This document shows positions 30,543-39,185 of a stretch of 64,000 bases of DNA, in pieces. The first letter of the stretch is position 1. Every line of letters begins with the position of its first letter. The notes under the pieces are model-generated. The model ran no database searches. It saw only the letters and a list, made by a program, of their open reading frames with translations, and had not been told where the DNA came from. This DNA comes from Minisyncoccota bacterium (lineage in GTDB: Bacteria > Patescibacteriota > Minisyncoccia > Phycocordibacterales > SBAW01). The position numbers were made by a program, and so were the translations under genes. The DNA lies in contig DASZWM010000002.1 of the NCBI GenBank assembly GCA_035546615.1, positions 32,001 through 96,000 of the forward strand. Reading direction: 5' to 3'.

Positions 30543-31070
30543 CTAGTAGGCCCCATACTGCGGATTGACCGGCGTTGCGGCCTGCCGTCCATAATGCGCG
30601 TGATAGAGGCAATACTGATTCCTTTTTCCTCCCGTATCCGCGCCGCAGTACAGCGCGGGGCTCGTTTCCGTCTGGTCGCGCACGATAGTGTGACACATCC
30701 CTTCCTCAACCTGCAGGAGCGTCACGTTGATGCTCTTCGGTTGCGGGATTTCCATGACGGCACGGGGCAGCGCAGCCTGCCGCGCGGCTTCCGGATGCAG
30801 CTTGGGCGGCTCGCGCCTTGCTTTTATCCGTAACCGCATGAGCGCGGCATTGTTTGTTGAGCCTGTTCGCGGTTTGCGCGGCCGGGCCTGGCTGGGTGCG
30901 GGCTTCGGCCGTCCGGAAAGGTTGAGACGGTGGATTTTTCCAATGACGGCATTCGCCGTAACTCCGCCCAGCTGGGCGGCTATCTGGCTTTTGGAAAATC
31001 CCTCGCTCCAGAGCTTTTTGAGCAATTCAATGCGCTCGTCCGTCCAGCCATGATTCTTGGTAGAACCCAT
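30543..31070 (-). CDS. GcrA-family cell-cycle regulator-like protein
   Basis: N-terminus WTDERIELLKKLWSEGFSKSQIAAQLGGVTANAVIGKIHRLNLSGR and C-terminal Cys/His block (MCHTIV...YCGADTGGKRNQYCLYHAHY) match the GcrA (PF07750) pattern; 175 aa. Confidence 0.6.
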   Translation of the reverse strand: MGSTKNHGWTDERIELLKKLWSEGFSKSQIAAQLGGVTANAVIGKIHRLNLSGRPKPAPSQARPRKPRTGSTNNAALMRLRIKARREPPKLHPEAARQAALPRAVMEIPQPKSINVTLLQVEEGMCHTIVRDQTETSPALYCGADTGGKRNQYCLYHAHYGRQAATPVNPQYGAY

Positions 31071-31123
31071 AGGCTTTTACTCCTTGTACTGATAGTGGAA
31101 CAAATGTCCTGTCCTTACTATAA

Positions 31124-31984
31124 CTATGTCCGTACTATCTTGCCAAGACGCTCTTCTACGAGCCCGCGGATCTGCAGCGATGAAAGCGCGATGTTCGCTT
31201 CCTGAGCGGAAAGCCCCGCGCGCTCAATAAGCTCGTCTTTTTCGAGTGCTTCGGCCAATGCCTCGAGTATTTTCGCTTCGGCAGGCGTCAGATCGGACGG
31301 GAAGGAGGCTTCCGCAGCATCTTCGACTTTCAGTCCGAGCGCTTCAAGAATATCTTCGCTGTTGCGAACGAGCGTTGCGCCTTCGCGAATCAGCCGGTTG
31401 ACGCCCGCGCCGCTCTCGCGCCCCAGCTCGTGCGGCACGGCGAGCACTTCGCGGTTGTAGTCAAGCGCGAGCCGCGCGGTAATAAGCGTGCCGGACTTTT
31501 CTCCCGCTTCTATTATGAGCGTGGCAAGCGCCATGCCGGCCCCGATGCGGTTTCGCTTGGCGAAATCGAACAGCTGGGGCCGGTAGGGGCCGGGATTCTC
31601 GCTTACGAGCGCGCCGCCCTTCTCAAGTATCCGCTGCGCCAGCCCGCGGTTGCTTGCGGGATATATAGAAGAGTCATCGCATGAGGAGGGGAGCACCGCT
31701 ACGGTTGCCAGCCCGGCATCGAGCGCCGCCTTGTGCGCTTCGGCGTCTATGCCTAAAGCGAGGCCCGAGACTATCGCGACCGGATACCGCGCTAGCCCCG
31801 CGATAAGCGCTTGGCACATACGCCTTCCATATATAGACGTAGCGCGCGAGCCCACGACGCACAGGAGCTTGTACTCGGGCGGGGGAAGTTCGCCGCGTAG
31901 GTACAGCATTTTCGGCTTGTCCGGAATTTCCCTCAAAAGGTCGGAAAATCCGTCAGGCGGCAGTTGTCGGATAGGGAAAGCCAT
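31124..31984 (-). CDS. dprA: DNA processing protein DprA (SMF family)
   Basis: Rossmann-like GSR...VSGLALGID and C-terminal winged-helix region. Confidence 0.85.
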   Translation of the reverse strand: MAFPIRQLPPDGFSDLLREIPDKPKMLYLRGELPPPEYKLLCVVGSRATSIYGRRMCQALIAGLARYPVAIVSGLALGIDAEAHKAALDAGLATVAVLPSSCDDSSIYPASNRGLAQRILEKGGALVSENPGPYRPQLFDFAKRNRIGAGMALATLIIEAGEKSGTLITARLALDYNREVLAVPHELGRESGAGVNRLIREGATLVRNSEDILEALGLKVEDAAEASFPSDLTPAEAKILEALAEALEKDELIERAGLSAQEANIALSSLQIRGLVEERLGKIVRT

Positions 31985-32009
31985 TGTATTCTATGGATAT
32001 TCTGAACAT

Positions 32010-33281
32010 ATGTTAGATATCACGTTCATCCGCGAGAATCTAGAGCTCGTGAAGGCCGGCGCCAAGAAGAAGCATATCGAGGTCGACCTCGACCGGCTCA
32101 TGTCCGTGGACGAAAAGCGCCGCGCGCTCCTGGTGGAGATAGAGACCATGCGCGCCAAGCAGAACGAGGTGTCCGACATGGTGGTCAAGGCGAGCCCCGA
32201 GGAAAAAGAAAAGGCTATCGGCGAAATGCGGGTGCTCAAGGAGACGCTTCAGGGCAAAGAGAAGGAAATGGAGGAGGTGATGCATGAATGGCAGCTCCTT
32301 ATGGTGGCGGTGCCGAACATTCCGGATTTGTCAGTGCCCGACGGCGACTCCGACGCGGACAATAAAGAGGTGAAGGTGTGGGGCGGAAAGCCGCAGTTCG
32401 CTTTTACCCCGAAGAGCCACGTCGAATTGATGCAGGACCTCGAGATGGCGGACTTCGAGCGCGGCACCAAGGTCGCCGGATTCCGCGGCTACTTCCTCAA
32501 GGGCGACGGGGCGCTCTTATCTTTCGCTATCTGGCGCTACGCGCAGGATTTTTTCCTGAAAAAGGATTTTACGCCGATGATAGTGCCGAGTTTGGTAAAG
32601 CGCGTCGCATTTTTGGGCAGCGGGTACCTGCCCCAGGGCGAGGACGACCTGTATAAGACGCAGGACGGCGATTTTTTGGCCGGCACCGCGGAAGTGGCGA
32701 CGATGGGGTACTACATGAACGAAGTATTGCCGAAAGAAAAACTGCCGATGAAATTCCTTTCCTTCTCGCCGTGCTTCAGGCGCGAGGCGGGCGCGCACGG
32801 CAAGGACGTCAAAGGCCTTATCCGGGTACACGAATTCTTCAAATGGGAGCAGGTCATCGTGTGCGAGGGCACGCATGAGGAGTCGGTCAAATGGCACGAA
32901 TGGGTGAATCGCAACACGGAAGAGTTCATCGAGTCGCTTGAGATCCCGTACCACACGGTGCTCAACTGTGGCGGTGACCTCGGGCTGGGCCAGGTAAAAA
33001 AGTATGACATCGAGCTGTGGGTGCCGGGCGAGAATACGTATCGCGAGATAAGCTCGGCCTCGTACTTCCATGACTTCCAGACCCGCCGTCTTAACATCCG
33101 CTATCGCGACGAGAACGGAAAGATGCAGTACTCGCATTCGCTTAATTCCACCGCCATTCCGACTCCGCGTATCCTCGTGTCTTTGATAGAGAATTACCAG
33201 CAGGAAGACGGCTCCATCCTCATCCCGAAAGCCCTGCAGCAGTACATGGGCAAGGAAAAAATAGAAAAAGCGAAAGCGTAA
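32010..33281 (+). CDS. serS: seryl-tRNA synthetase
   Basis: N-terminal coiled coil and class II core motifs (FRREAGAHGKD, GLGQ); 423 aa from the ATG at 32010. The track ORF from 31650 is an upstream extension overlapping dprA. Confidence 0.9.
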   Translation: MLDITFIRENLELVKAGAKKKHIEVDLDRLMSVDEKRRALLVEIETMRAKQNEVSDMVVKASPEEKEKAIGEMRVLKETLQGKEKEMEEVMHEWQLLMVAVPNIPDLSVPDGDSDADNKEVKVWGGKPQFAFTPKSHVELMQDLEMADFERGTKVAGFRGYFLKGDGALLSFAIWRYAQDFFLKKDFTPMIVPSLVKRVAFLGSGYLPQGEDDLYKTQDGDFLAGTAEVATMGYYMNEVLPKEKLPMKFLSFSPCFRREAGAHGKDVKGLIRVHEFFKWEQVIVCEGTHEESVKWHEWVNRNTEEFIESLEIPYHTVLNCGGDLGLGQVKKYDIELWVPGENTYREISSASYFHDFQTRRLNIRYRDENGKMQYSHSLNSTAIPTPRILVSLIENYQQEDGSILIPKALQQYMGKEKIEKAKA

Positions 33282-33283
33282 GT

Positions 33284-34123
33284 ATGGCACGCGTGCAACT
33301 GCCGGTCTCCAAGCTCAAGGCGCGCAAGCGCCGCAGGCGCGTGCTTGCGCTGGTGTTCGCGCTTGCGGGCGCCCTCGCGCTTGCGGCAGGCGCGATAGCG
33401 CTTACATGGGCGCCGTTCCTGCGCATCCAGAAGCTTGAGGTAGCAGGAGTGTCGTCGGTAAATAAAGAGCTGGTGGAGGAGCAGATCCGCAAAAGCCTCA
33501 GCGGCGCGTATTGGGGCGTATTTCCGCGCGACAATATCTTTTTGTATTCCAAAGCCGAGATGCGCGCGCGGCTGCTTTCGCAGTTTCCGGTGTTCGCAAG
33601 CGCGAGCCTTTCTTCCGAGGGCTTCGACGGCCTGCGCGTAGACCTGGTCGAGCGCAAGCCGGCGGCGCTTTGGTGCGGCGAGGGGCCGGAGCTTTCAGGC
33701 TCATGCCTTACGCTCGACGAAAGCGGCGCGGCGTATACCCTCGCGGCGGATTTCTCCGGCTCGGTATATGCGCGGTACACCGGAGCGCTTCCGCAAGGGC
33801 CTTTGCCGCGGCAGTTCCTGGCGCCCGAGCAGTTCCGCGGCCTTGCAGCCTTCGTGAGCGAGCTGTCGGGCAAGCTTTCAAGCACGTCGATAAGCGTCGT
33901 CGCTGTCGGCGGGGACGGCGACGTGCAGGTGGTGTGCGAGAACGGCTTCAGGCTGGTGTTCTCGCTGGATGATAACGGCGCCGATGTGCTTGAGCGCTTC
34001 GCGCTGGCGCTGACCGCGGGGCCGTTCGCAACCCACAAGCTTTCGGACTTTGAATATCTCGACCTTCGCTTTGGCGACAAGCTGTACTACAAGCTGAAAG
34101 GGGAGGAAAAAGCGGAAGAATAA
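33284..34123 (+). CDS. FtsQ/DivIB-like cell division protein (POTRA domain)
   Basis: Basic N-terminus, one TM, then IQKLEVAGVSSVNKELVEEQI typical of FtsQ POTRA. Confidence 0.45.
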   Translation: MARVQLPVSKLKARKRRRRVLALVFALAGALALAAGAIALTWAPFLRIQKLEVAGVSSVNKELVEEQIRKSLSGAYWGVFPRDNIFLYSKAEMRARLLSQFPVFASASLSSEGFDGLRVDLVERKPAALWCGEGPELSGSCLTLDESGAAYTLAADFSGSVYARYTGALPQGPLPRQFLAPEQFRGLAAFVSELSGKLSSTSISVVAVGGDGDVQVVCENGFRLVFSLDDNGADVLERFALALTAGPFATHKLSDFEYLDLRFGDKLYYKLKGEEKAEE

Positions 34124-34126
34124 AAG

Positions 34127-34148
34127 AGGGCGCGCCGTACGGCGCGCC
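34127..34148. terminator. putative bidirectional terminator
   Basis: gggcgcgccgtacggcgcgccc. Confidence 0.45.
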
Positions 34149-34159
34149 CCGCTTCGTTT

Positions 34160-34405
34160 TCATCGCCCGGTGAGATTTCCCCACCAGTCGTCTATTCGCT
34201 TCAGCAGCCGCCGGAGTTTGCCCGGCTCCTTCTGCTTTTGCTGCATGGGCTCTTCGGGATCCTCGGGTTCAGGCTTCATGACCTCAAGGCAGCTTGCCTC
34301 CCAATCATAGTGAATGCCCTGCTTTCCGGGCGGGATTTGCTTTAAAGCCCGTTCTGCCGGGGAATCACCCGGGTTGATCGGACCCAGTCCTATTCTGGCT
34401 GTCAC
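34160..34405 (-). CDS. hypothetical protein (81 aa)
   Basis: ORF only. Confidence 0.3.
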   Translation of the reverse strand: MTARIGLGPINPGDSPAERALKQIPPGKQGIHYDWEASCLEVMKPEPEDPEEPMQQKQKEPGKLRRLLKRIDDWWGNLTGR

Positions 34406-34466
34406 GTCGATTGCTCCTCGTACTGGTTCAGTTGACTATTACACCGCCGCTCGGTAGCCTTGTCAA

Positions 34467-35444
34467 ATGAAGTCAAAAGAAAGCTTCTGGAACGGCCTTC
34501 CCAAGCCCTTGTTCGTGCTCGCGCCTTTGGCGAACGTCACCGACGCGGCGTTCCGGCGCATAATCGCCAAGTACAGCAAGCCGGCGGGGCCGCACGTGTT
34601 CTGGACTGAATTCGTCTCGGCGGACGGGCTTGTCCTCGCCAATGAGGAAGGGAAGGCAAAGCTCATGCGCGACCTTATATATACGGAAGCGGAGCGGCCC
34701 ATAGTGGCGCAGTTCTTCACCTCGACTCCGGCGCATATGGAGAAAGCCGCCGCGCTTGCGGCCGAGCTTGGCTTCGACGGCATCGATATAAACATGGGAT
34801 GCCCCGACAAAAGCATTGAGAAGCAGGGTGCGGGGGCGAAGCTCATTCAGACCCCTGAAGTTGCGCAAGAACTCATTGCCGCGGCAAAGCGCGGGGCGCC
34901 GAATCTGCCCGTTTCGGTCAAAACGCGGCTCGGCTACAACAAGGATATTCTTGAAGAATGGCTGCCTAAGCTGCTTGCCGCTGAACCGGCTGCCCTGACC
35001 TTGCACGCGCGCACGCGCAAGGAGATGTCGGCCGTGCCCGCGCATTGGGACAGAGTGAAGCGCGCGGTTGAGATCCGCAACGAGCTCGGAAGCAAAACTC
35101 TCATCATCGGCAACGGCGATGCGATGGACCTCGAAGATGCTAAAAAGAAGGCGGAAGAGTCGGGAGCTGACGGTGTTATGCTCGGCCGCGCCATTTTCGG
35201 CAAGCCGTGGCTCTTCAGCGGGGCCGAGGCACCCGCGCTTACGGAGCGGCTGCGCATCGCGGTGGAGCACAGCAAGCTCTTTGAGGAGCTTTTGGGCGAT
35301 ATCAAGAATTTTGCCATCATGAAAAAGCACTTCAAAGCATATGCCGAAGGGTTTCCGGGCGCGAAGGAGCTTCGCATGGAGCTGATGGAGACGAAAAGCG
35401 CCGCGGAGATAGAAAAGGTGGTTGAATACTTTCTCGCATCCTGA
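34467..35444 (+). CDS. dus: tRNA-dihydrouridine synthase
   Basis: APLANVTD...GIDINMGCP...SVKTRLG TIM-barrel Dus motifs. Confidence 0.85.
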   Translation: MKSKESFWNGLPKPLFVLAPLANVTDAAFRRIIAKYSKPAGPHVFWTEFVSADGLVLANEEGKAKLMRDLIYTEAERPIVAQFFTSTPAHMEKAAALAAELGFDGIDINMGCPDKSIEKQGAGAKLIQTPEVAQELIAAAKRGAPNLPVSVKTRLGYNKDILEEWLPKLLAAEPAALTLHARTRKEMSAVPAHWDRVKRAVEIRNELGSKTLIIGNGDAMDLEDAKKKAEESGADGVMLGRAIFGKPWLFSGAEAPALTERLRIAVEHSKLFEELLGDIKNFAIMKKHFKAYAEGFPGAKELRMELMETKSAAEIEKVVEYFLAS

Positions 35445-35479
35445 TATAAAAACTGTAGGCAGTAGGCAGGGAGGCTTCA

Positions 35480-35794
35480 GTGAAGCAGGGACAGAAAAAG
35501 CCAATCACTACGGGTAGTCTGCTCCGGGCTGCCCGGGAGCTAAAGGCGGAGGGCCAAAAGGTCACGTATTCGAGTTTGGGAAAAAAGACTGGCCAACACG
35601 GCCATTCGATCAAACGTTTTTTAGATCGAGTGCCGTGGATAATTGCTGAACTCGAAATAGTACGGGTAGCAAAGGGATATGCTCCCCAAGAACCTGACCG
35701 GCTCAGACGGCTTATCTTGACGTTTCCTGAGGATGGAGCGTTCGGCTGGCTCGCCCAAAGGATCGGGCCTCGTATCTTTCAGGAAAGCTTGTGA
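35480..35794 (+). CDS. hypothetical protein (GTG start)
   Basis: 104-aa basic protein; region slightly lower in GC than surroundings. Confidence 0.3.
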   Translation: MKQGQKKPITTGSLLRAARELKAEGQKVTYSSLGKKTGQHGHSIKRFLDRVPWIIAELEIVRVAKGYAPQEPDRLRRLILTFPEDGAFGWLAQRIGPRIFQESL

Positions 35795-35807
35795 GTCCGC
35801 CCGCAGC

Positions 35808-35836
35808 CACGACCGATGGTAGGAATACTATCGGTC
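35808..35836 (+). terminator. putative terminator hairpin
   Basis: acgaccgat-ggtaggaatact-atcggtcgt. Confidence 0.35.
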
Positions 35837-35874
35837 GTTTTCGTTCCTCTTAATTAGTAGCGTATACTAAGGCC

Positions 35875-36186
35875 ATGAACGAGCTGGTGCATGCCGATAT
35901 CTTCTTTTTTATAACGTCCGTTGCTGTCATAGCACTGTCGGCCGCCATGCTCGTCCTCCTCTTGTATCTTATTCCGGCCGCACGCGATCTGCGGTCGATT
36001 ACGGCCAAAGTGCGGAAGGCCGGCGACGAGATGGAGAAGGATTTCGAGGACCTTCGCGCGAATCTGCGGGCGGAAGGTAGCAAGGGAAAGATGCTGGTAG
36101 ATATCGTGCTCGGCTGGGCGGGCCACGTACTCAAGGCGCCCGCCGCGCGTCGGGCAAAGAAACAGCCGCCTTCATCCGAAGTTTAG
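35875..36186 (+). CDS. small membrane protein (DUF948-like topology)
   Basis: One N-terminal TM then a charged coiled region. Confidence 0.35.
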   Translation: MNELVHADIFFFITSVAVIALSAAMLVLLLYLIPAARDLRSITAKVRKAGDEMEKDFEDLRANLRAEGSKGKMLVDIVLGWAGHVLKAPAARRAKKQPPSSEV

Positions 36187-36243
36187 GTTAGGGCTGTATT
36201 GTGAAGAAGAGCGGAAATATTCATTAACCTAATTACTGTTACT

Positions 36244-36651
36244 ATGGCAAAGAAAAATTCTGGAATGGGCATGTCAGTGGGCGTCGGGGCGGGGCTCGCT
36301 GCGGCTGCTACGGCTGGAGCGGCGGCGTACTGGCTCTACGGCTCCAAGCACTCGGCACAGCACCGCAAATTGGCCAAGAGCTGGATGCTCAAGGCGCGCG
36401 CCGAGGTAATGGAGGCGATAGAGAAGATACAGGACATAGACAAGGAGCAGTACATGGCTGCGGTCAACGGCGTGCTCAAGAACTACGCGGGCGCAAGCTC
36501 AACCGAGATGGCGGCCATGATGCGCGATTTCAAGACCGCATGGACCCACATGCAGGCCGCGCAGAAGAGCGGCAGCAAGGGCGCAAAGAGCGCCAAGCGC
36601 ACCGGCAAGAAGATGGTGAAAAGCGCTCGTAAAATGGTCCGCGGAAAGTAA
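36244..36651 (+). CDS. hypothetical Ala/Lys-rich protein
   Basis: N-terminal Gly/Ala hydrophobic segment, basic C-terminus. Confidence 0.35.
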   Translation: MAKKNSGMGMSVGVGAGLAAAATAGAAAYWLYGSKHSAQHRKLAKSWMLKARAEVMEAIEKIQDIDKEQYMAAVNGVLKNYAGASSTEMAAMMRDFKTAWTHMQAAQKSGSKGAKSAKRTGKKMVKSARKMVRGK

Positions 36652-36701
36652 TACTTTAATCAGCAAGCAAAAGGTCGTCGAGGAAGGTTCCCGGCGGCCT
36701 T

Positions 36702-37778
36702 TTGTTATATACTGGCTTCATGGCAAAGGGCTCCAAGGAAGAAATCGCTGCGCCTATGGCGCTGTATCGCAAATACCGGCCTTCCGGCTTTGCGGAAGTG
36801 CGCGGGCAGGAAGAGGTCGTTTCGGTCCTTGAGGCCGCTATAAAGAAGAACGAAATCGCGCACGCCTACCTTTTCTCCGGCGGGCGCGGCACCGGCAAGA
36901 CCTCGATGGCGCGCATTTTGGCCCGCGCGGTCGGGACCAGCGAGCAGGATATCTACGAGATGGACGCCGCATCCAACCGCGGTATCGACGAGATACGCGA
37001 GCTTCGCGAAGGTGTCTCGACGATGCCGTTCGATTCCAAATACAAGTTCTATATCATCGACGAGGCTCACGCGCTCACCAAAGACGCCTGGGGAGCGTTT
37101 CTCAAGACCCTTGAGGAGCCGCCGGCGCACGCGATATTCGTGCTTGCGACGACCGAGCTCGACCGCGTGCCCGAAACCATCCAGTCGCGCTGCCAGGTGT
37201 TCCGTTTCAAGAAGCCCAGCCACGAAACGCTTAAGAAGCTCGTCCTCGATGTAGCCAAGAAAGAAGGCGTCGCGCTTGCGCCCGCAGGTGCGGAGCTTGT
37301 CGCTTTGGTAGGGGAAGGCTCGTTCCGCGACACACTCGGCACGCTCCAGAAGGCGCTTACGATTTCGGAAGACAAGAAACTGACGGAAGAGGAGATAGCG
37401 AAGGTAATTGGTGCGCCATCGGCCGGGCTGGTAAATAATTTTATCTCGGCGCTTGCCCAGAAAAATATAGACGACGCGCTTGCCGCCTTCTCGGCCGCGG
37501 TAAAAAACGGCTCGGAGCCGCAGATATTCATCTTGCTCGCCGTTGCGAAAGTGCGCGGGATATTGCTCCTGCGCTTTGCCCCCAAAATGCGCGGAGAGCT
37601 TGCCGAGCAGTTCGGCGAGGACGATATGAAGCTGCTTGAGTCGCTCGCAAAGGGCGAGGGCGCAAGCATTAACTCCCAAACCCTGGCAGAATTCCTGACC
37701 GCGCTCATTGAAACTCCGCGCGCTCCGCTTCCGACTATTCCGCTGGAGCTTGCTCTGTACCGCCTCTTCCAACAATAG
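36702..37778 (+). CDS. dnaX: DNA polymerase III subunit gamma/tau (short form)
   Basis: YRKYRPSGF, GGRGTGKTS, IIDEAH, SRCQVF box motifs. True start may be the internal Met at about 36720 or 36756. Confidence 0.85.
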   Translation: MLYTGFMAKGSKEEIAAPMALYRKYRPSGFAEVRGQEEVVSVLEAAIKKNEIAHAYLFSGGRGTGKTSMARILARAVGTSEQDIYEMDAASNRGIDEIRELREGVSTMPFDSKYKFYIIDEAHALTKDAWGAFLKTLEEPPAHAIFVLATTELDRVPETIQSRCQVFRFKKPSHETLKKLVLDVAKKEGVALAPAGAELVALVGEGSFRDTLGTLQKALTISEDKKLTEEEIAKVIGAPSAGLVNNFISALAQKNIDDALAAFSAAVKNGSEPQIFILLAVAKVRGILLLRFAPKMRGELAEQFGEDDMKLLESLAKGEGASINSQTLAEFLTALIETPRAPLPTIPLELALYRLFQQ

Positions 37779-37780
37779 AT

Positions 37781-38446
37781 ATGGAATTTATACAGTCATC
37801 GAATCCGAGCGAGGGCGCCCAGGCTATGGCGCAGAAGATAGTTGAATCTTTGCGGAAGGGAAAAGTGCTGTGGCTGATATGCGGCGGCTCGAACGTGCCG
37901 CTTTCGGCGGAGGCCATGGATGCCGTACGCGCCGCAGTTTCTGCGGATGAATTGCGGAACCTAACGGTCGGCATGACGGATGAGCGGTACGGGCCGCTTG
38001 GGCACGCCGACTCCAACTGGAAGCAGCTTGAGGATGTTGGGTTCAATATAGAAGGAGTCACGGCTATTCCGGTACTTACGGGAAAGCCGCTTGAAGAGAC
38101 TGTTTCGGAATATGCTCAGAAGCTCGAAGATGCGCTGCAAGAAGAACCGCTTGTTATCGCGCAATTCGGCATCGGCGCGGACGGGCATATCGCGGGCATG
38201 CTTCCGCACAGCCCCGCGGTCTCAAGCACGGACACTATATACGCATACGAAGCCGCGCCATTCACGCGCATTACAATAACCCAGCCGGTATTCAAGAAAA
38301 TATCCGTCGCGTATGCGATAGTATTCGGCGAGTCCAAAAAAGCCGCCATCGACCGCCTCAAGAACGAGGACCTTCCGGTTGAGGAAATGCCCTGCCAGTT
38401 GCTTAAGCAAATCCCCGAAGCGTATTTTTATACCGACCAGCTTTAA
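37781..38446 (+). CDS. 6-phosphogluconolactonase-like protein (NagB/Pgl family)
   Basis: LICGGS and GIGADGHIAGMLP motifs of 6PGL/glucosamine-6-P deaminase-fold enzymes. Confidence 0.65.
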   Translation: MEFIQSSNPSEGAQAMAQKIVESLRKGKVLWLICGGSNVPLSAEAMDAVRAAVSADELRNLTVGMTDERYGPLGHADSNWKQLEDVGFNIEGVTAIPVLTGKPLEETVSEYAQKLEDALQEEPLVIAQFGIGADGHIAGMLPHSPAVSSTDTIYAYEAAPFTRITITQPVFKKISVAYAIVFGESKKAAIDRLKNEDLPVEEMPCQLLKQIPEAYFYTDQL

Positions 38447-38485
38447 GAAAAACATCCTTACAAACTTGAGAATGTAAGGATGTTT
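38447..38485. terminator. bidirectional hairpin built from the ACATCCTTACA / TGTAAGGATGT inverted repeat
   Basis: aaaacatccttaca-aacttgagaa-tgtaaggatgtttt between convergent genes. Confidence 0.4.
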
Positions 38486-38791
38486 TTAGAGATTCTGGAA
38501 GGATTTTAGGAAGCGGACGAATATCTTACCGTAGGGCGAAAGCCGGTGCTCCACGAACTTGCCGCGATACTTTTTTGCGATAAGGCCGGCCACATAGAGC
38601 CGCCTGGTGTGCTCGCCGATGGTCTTCTCGTTCGCATTAAGGGTCGCCGCAATAGTATCGAGCGTAACGCCCTCGTGCCGGGCGATAAGAAGCAGTATCT
38701 CGATGCGGTAATGATTTGCCATGCCCTTGAGATGGCGTTCCATCTGCTTTGCCGTCTTCGTATTTTTCATGCGGGAGAGTATACATGACAC
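38486..38791 (-). CDS. ArsR/SmtB family transcriptional regulator
   Basis: HYRIEILLLIARHEGVTLDTIAATL wHTH signature. Confidence 0.7.
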   Translation of the reverse strand: MSCILSRMKNTKTAKQMERHLKGMANHYRIEILLLIARHEGVTLDTIAATLNANEKTIGEHTRRLYVAGLIAKKYRGKFVEHRLSPYGKIFVRFLKSFQNL

Positions 38792-38797
38792 CCCAAC

Positions 38798-38819
38798 ATT
38801 CTCAAGTTTGTAAGGATGT
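38798..38819. promoter_or_regulatory. putative operator half of a 22-bp inverted repeat flanking the ArsR gene
   Basis: attctcaagtttgtaaggatgt is the exact reverse complement of 38452..38473. Confidence 0.35.
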
Positions 38820-38890
38820 GTGGAAAGGGAAGAGGCGGGGCTGGAAGCGTTTTGTGAAGGAGCCTTAAATTTGCTATCCTCAGATTGTAT

Positions 38891-38961
38891 TGCCCGATCG
38901 TCTAATGGTAGGACAGAGGCCTTTGAAGCCTTTAATTGGGGTTCGAATCCCTGTCGGGCAG
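38891..38961 (+). tRNA. tRNA-Gln(TTG)
   Basis: TGCCCGATCGTCTAATGGTAGGACAGAGGCCTTTGAAGCCTTTAATTGGGGTTCGAATCCCTGTCGGGCAG; U1-A72 pair as in bacterial tRNA-Gln. Confidence 0.8.
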
Positions 38962-38992
38962 CAAATGTAGCGAAGCGTAATTTGCGCCCGAA

Positions 38993-39125
38993 GGAAGCAA
39001 TGGGATTGCTTCCGGCAGGGATTCGAAAGCCGGAGCGGGACCCGCATCAGCAGATGCGGGAGCGAGGCAGGGTCGTGCGGCTAAAGTTGCGACGGCAACT
39101 TTAGAACGCCTGACCGAATCCCTAA
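38993..39125 (+). repeat. structured repeat family F2, copy C (3' of tRNA-Gln)
   Basis: ggaagcaat-GGG-attgcttcc; GGATTCGAAAGCCGGAGCGGGACCC; gcatc-AGCA-gatgc hairpin; GGGAGCGAGGCAGGGTCGTGCGGC; aaagttgc-GACG-gcaacttt; tail CCTGACCGAATCC pairs with the 5' GGATTCG. Confidence 0.65.
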
Positions 39126-39185
39126 GAAGTTTCTAGTTTTCTCTGTCTCTAGGCAGAATCACTTTTTGATGGTAAATCTGTCCTG

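Noticed and set aside
31650-32009. Upstream extension of the serS ORF
   Set aside because: Overlaps the dprA coding sequence on the other strand. SerS homology and a standard coiled-coil N-terminus begin at Met 32010.
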